Assembly: GCA_001775095.1 (NCBI GenBank)
Contig: MFCA01000028.1
Coordinates: 17,746 to 67,416 of the forward strand
Source: Candidatus Curtissbacteria bacterium RIFOXYA1_FULL_41_14
GTDB lineage: Bacteria; Patescibacteriota; Microgenomatia; Curtissbacterales; GWA2-41-24
Direction: 5' to 3'
Length of the DNA stretch: 49,671 bases
Shown: positions 46,945-49,671 of the stretch, piece after piece
Layout of the letters: the number at the start of each line of letters is the position of its first letter
Numbering within the stretch: position 1 is the stretch's first letter
Notes under the pieces: model-generated
Databases searched by the model: none
What the model saw: the letters and a program-made list of their open reading frames with translations, nothing else
What the model was told of the DNA's origin: nothing
Made by a program: the position numbers and the translations under genes

Positions 46945-46959
46945 GAAAGACGACCTAAT

Positions 46960-47460
46960 ATGTTGAAGAGTCATAAAGAAAAAGTCGAGATTGATAAGAA
47001 ATTGATAAAAAAGGCCAGAATCGCCATTATCAGAAGCGAATTTAATGGGGAAATTACCCTAAGCCTTGAAAATCACTGCTTAAAAACTCTCCTTGACGCC
47101 GGTCTCAAGCGGAGTCAAATAGGTTTATATCAAGTCCCGGGCTCTTTGGAAATTCCAATTATTGCCCAAACTATTGCTCAAAAGAAAAAGGCTAATGTAA
47201 TTATTGCCTTGGGAGCTGTCATCAAGGGAGACACGTACCACTTCGAAATAGTTGCCAACGAATGTGCCAGGGGTTGTATGGATGTAGCCTTAAAGTACAA
47301 TGTACCGGTGATTTTTGAGGTGATTCCCGCTTACAATCTAAAGCAGGCAAAAGAAAGAGCAGGAAATGACGATAATAATAAAGGAAGGGAAGCGGCATTG
47401 GCAGCGCTGAAAATATTGAAGACTCTTGATGTGCTGTCATCCCGCACCGATTCGGTCTGA
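46960..47460 (+). CDS. ribH: 6,7-dimethyl-8-ribityllumazine synthase
   Basis: SEFN, VPGSLEIP, ALGAVIKGDTYHFE, NKGREAA; start 46939 or 46960. Confidence 0.95.
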   Translation: MLKSHKEKVEIDKKLIKKARIAIIRSEFNGEITLSLENHCLKTLLDAGLKRSQIGLYQVPGSLEIPIIAQTIAQKKKANVIIALGAVIKGDTYHFEIVANECARGCMDVALKYNVPVIFEVIPAYNLKQAKERAGNDDNNKGREAALAALKILKTLDVLSSRTDSV

Positions 47461-47564
47461 GACTCACGGTCGAAGACTTGATGCGGGATCCAGTCTTGCC
47501 CATTTTCTGGATTCTCGCCCTTCGGTCTTGAGCTCAGGGTCGAAAGACTTTCGCGGGAATGACA
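47435..47564 (-). repeat. palindromic element C; supplies ribH last codons and stop
   Basis: Reverse complement matches 20192-20348. Confidence 0.9.
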
Positions 47565-47582
47565 AGGAGAATTGGATGACAA

Positions 47583-47966
47583 ATGACCAAATTGCGATTT
47601 AGTGCCAAAGTAGTTAAAGGGGCTGGTCGAGGTAAAAAACTTGGAATTCCGACAATCAATTTTGTTCCTAAAATAGTAAAAGGTCTTAAGGAGGGAATAT
47701 ATGTTTGTAAAATCGTTTTCCCTTCAGGCCAATATTGGGGAGTTTTGCATTTTGGACCCCGGCCGACTTTTAGAGAAAAGAGCCAATCGTTGGAAGCTTA
47801 TCTTTTTGATTTCGACCGAGTTAGAGTTCCAAAAAAACTTGATATAGAGATCTATTCTTACATTCGGGAGATCGTTAAATTTGCAAATCCGGGACAAATG
47901 GTTAATAAAATCGAAAAAGATATCGAAATTGCCAAAAAGAGGATTAAATTACTCCAAAACAATTAG
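47583..47966 (+). CDS. monofunctional riboflavin kinase (RibF kinase domain)
   Basis: G.GRGKKLGIPTIN, GPRPTF, EAYLFDF. Confidence 0.92.
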   Translation: MTKLRFSAKVVKGAGRGKKLGIPTINFVPKIVKGLKEGIYVCKIVFPSGQYWGVLHFGPRPTFREKSQSLEAYLFDFDRVRVPKKLDIEIYSYIREIVKFANPGQMVNKIEKDIEIAKKRIKLLQNN

Positions 47967-48044
47967 CACTCAACCGTAAAGTCCGCTGATCGAGTCTGAT
48001 TCGACAGACTTGACTGGGATTGACAAACCTTGATACAATAAAAA

Positions 48045-48390
48045 TTGTAAAGCAGTGCTCTTTTGAGGTGGTTAGAAATTTTTATTAGCAGATGGGGCAG
48101 AAATCTGCTAATATTAGAATAATATATCAGAGGAGCGCTATTGACAGGGCGAAGCCTGTCAAAGCGAACTGCTGATATTTTTTTTAATAATGATTTTAAA
48201 CTTAAAAACTACAACCATTTGGCCTCCGGCTCAGAGAGCTTTCTGGCTCGGAGAGTTTTATCACTTTACTCGCTAAATAGCGGGTTTTATGGTTCCTTCT
48301 TCGCATAAAGCTTCGAAGGACAAGGAGTTTTTAAGTTTTAATTAAAAACTAGCCAAATACGAAACTCGCTTAAGGTAGGCGAGTTTTTTT
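48045..48390 (+). ncRNA. candidate structured ncRNA or leader ending in an intrinsic terminator
   Basis: TTGACT-N18-TACAAT upstream, multiple stems, AAACTCGCTT/AGGCGAGTTT plus T run. Confidence 0.4.
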
Positions 48391-48422
48391 ATGAGCAAAA
48401 AACGAAAAGGAGGTGCCATTAA

Positions 48423-48623
48423 ATGTCAGAAAGACAAATATGTTATGCCAAAATACTCGGTAGTTGTCTTGGCTGTGACGTCCTAAATGAAGCCTTACTT
48501 GAGATGAGGAGAAACGGCCGAGAACCAAAAGAAGTACTTGATTTGTTTTCTAATAAAAGATGTCCAGAGGGACTTCGGGTTCAGTTGCCCGAAAAGGAAC
48601 CGTCAATATACTTTGTTAAATAA
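48423..48623 (+). CDS. small Cys-containing hypothetical protein
   Basis: AGGAGGT SD; four Cys. Confidence 0.6.
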   Translation: MSERQICYAKILGSCLGCDVLNEALLEMRRNGREPKEVLDLFSNKRCPEGLRVQLPEKEPSIYFVK

Positions 48624-48802
48624 ACAGTAGTATAGCCTGCTGAAAACCTTGTTATTCTTCGAACAAAGTGAGAAGTCTGCAGTTCTCGCTACGGAGAGTA
48701 TCAGACGGTACTCTCCTACGCTCGAACAATAAGTTTTTAGCAAGCTCAGTAGTAGTGACCCTCCTACGCCAAGGCTACGGAGGGTGAAGGGAGGTGTTGA
48801 AA

Positions 48803-49015
48803 ATGGTAGAAGCAAAAAAAGGTGAAATACCACAGCATTGGCTGGATGATCCTGATATTGGTTTGGCAATTGTTATCATGGGCAGTGTAAAAGAGGAAGC
48901 TGGTAGAATTAGTCCAGGCAATGATCCTGAGTCTGTCCAGAGACGCAATCAGCTAGCATCGTTAATGATAGATCAAGCAGTAGAAAGATTGGTCCATTCT
49001 AATCATAATGGCTAA
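48803..49015 (+). CDS. hypothetical protein
   Basis: GGAGGT SD; overlaps ybaK start. Confidence 0.55.
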   Translation: MVEAKKGEIPQHWLDDPDIGLAIVIMGSVKEEAGRISPGNDPESVQRRNQLASLMIDQAVERLVHSNHNG

Positions 49016-49496
49016 TCTGAAACAAATTAAGATACACTTAGAGTCAAAACGACTGCCATATCAGGTGATTGATTTAGGCCGAGAAGTCTTTACGGTTAAG
49101 GGTGTTGCTCAAACCGGAGTGGATGAGAACGAAATAGTCAAAACTCTAGTTATCAGAAGCAATGATCGGCCTCCGGCCCAGAGGGCCTCTGGCCCGAAGG
49201 GTTTTGTCGCTTTGGCGGTAAGGGGAAAAGATCGGGTTGATTTTAAAAAGGTGAGGAGATTGTTTGGCAGCAAAAGCGAGCTGGCAAAGCCGGAAGAAGT
49301 CAGAAAGGTCATTGGAGTACCAGTAGGCGCAGTTTGCCCGATTTTGATCGGTATTCCTTTATATTTTGATCGTAAGGTGATGGATCTAATGCACGTTAAT
49401 ATGGGTTCGGGAGATTTAAAAAAAGGGCTGGAAATGGAATTTCCCGATCTACTAAAGGCAGTAGGAAAATACGAAGCTGAGGATTTGACAAATTGA
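49008..49496 (+). CDS. YbaK/EbsC family aminoacyl-tRNA deacylase
   Basis: IVKTLV, G..VGAVCP, GSG. Confidence 0.88.
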   Translation: MANLKQIKIHLESKRLPYQVIDLGREVFTVKGVAQTGVDENEIVKTLVIRSNDRPPAQRASGPKGFVALAVRGKDRVDFKKVRRLFGSKSELAKPEEVRKVIGVPVGAVCPILIGIPLYFDRKVMDLMHVNMGSGDLKKGLEMEFPDLLKAVGKYEAEDLTN

Positions 49497-49523
49497 TTTA
49501 TGAATAGCTATACTTTTGTCTAT

Positions 49524-49568
49524 ATGGACGTGCGAGTAATCGCAAATTGGTGGTACAAGACAAACTAA
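49524..49568 (+). CDS. Trp leader peptide MDVRVIANWWYKTN
   Basis: 14-codon ORF with TGGTGG just after TTGACA-N18-TATACT. Confidence 0.8.
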   Translation: MDVRVIANWWYKTN

Positions 49569-49660
49569 CCTTCGGTTGGCTGTTTTGTGATGCCTAAGTT
49601 CTAGAATAACTTTTAAAAAACCAAAAACACAAAACTCGCTAACCGGCGAGTTTTTTTGTG
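49555..49660 (+). promoter_or_regulatory. transcription attenuator (1:2, 2:3, 3:4 hairpins)
   Basis: Mutually exclusive stems; terminator AAAACTCGCT/GGCGAGTTTT plus T run. Confidence 0.8.
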
Positions 49661-49671
49661 GGAAAAAATGA

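Noticed and set aside
48045-48390. T-box, FMN, SAM or TPP riboswitch; leader peptide at 48091
   Set aside because: Consensus motifs not found; the 27-codon ORF runs through hairpins and lacks a clear control-codon run

Overview
Chromosomal segment of a bacterium; gene content and style point to Patescibacteria/CPR, probably Microgenomates (inference). Housekeeping content: dapB (partial) and dapA, a surface-glycosylation cluster, transketolase/rpiB/fba/transaldolase, trxB, rrf2-iscS-iscU-ferredoxin, aquaporin, a VirB4/TraD-like ATPase, nadK, cmk, a complete F0F1 atp operon, a Xer-like recombinase, riboflavin genes and two tRNA loci. Over this sits a dense layer of small palindromic elements and 7-9-mer repeat tracts, several inserted in frame in core enzymes. 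Main candidate new system: an 18-nt hairpin (CCTGAG-N5-YCGAAGG) whose CGAAGG end abuts displaced duplicate gene termini (ykuK-like tail x3 and xer tail x4, both synonymously recoded; a diverged fba head x2). Related duplications occur at trxB and at both tRNA loci, including an intact tRNA-Ile(UAU) nested in the anticodon loop of another tRNA. A classical Trp leader-peptide attenuator lies at the window end. Product calls come from motif recognition only; no searches were run.
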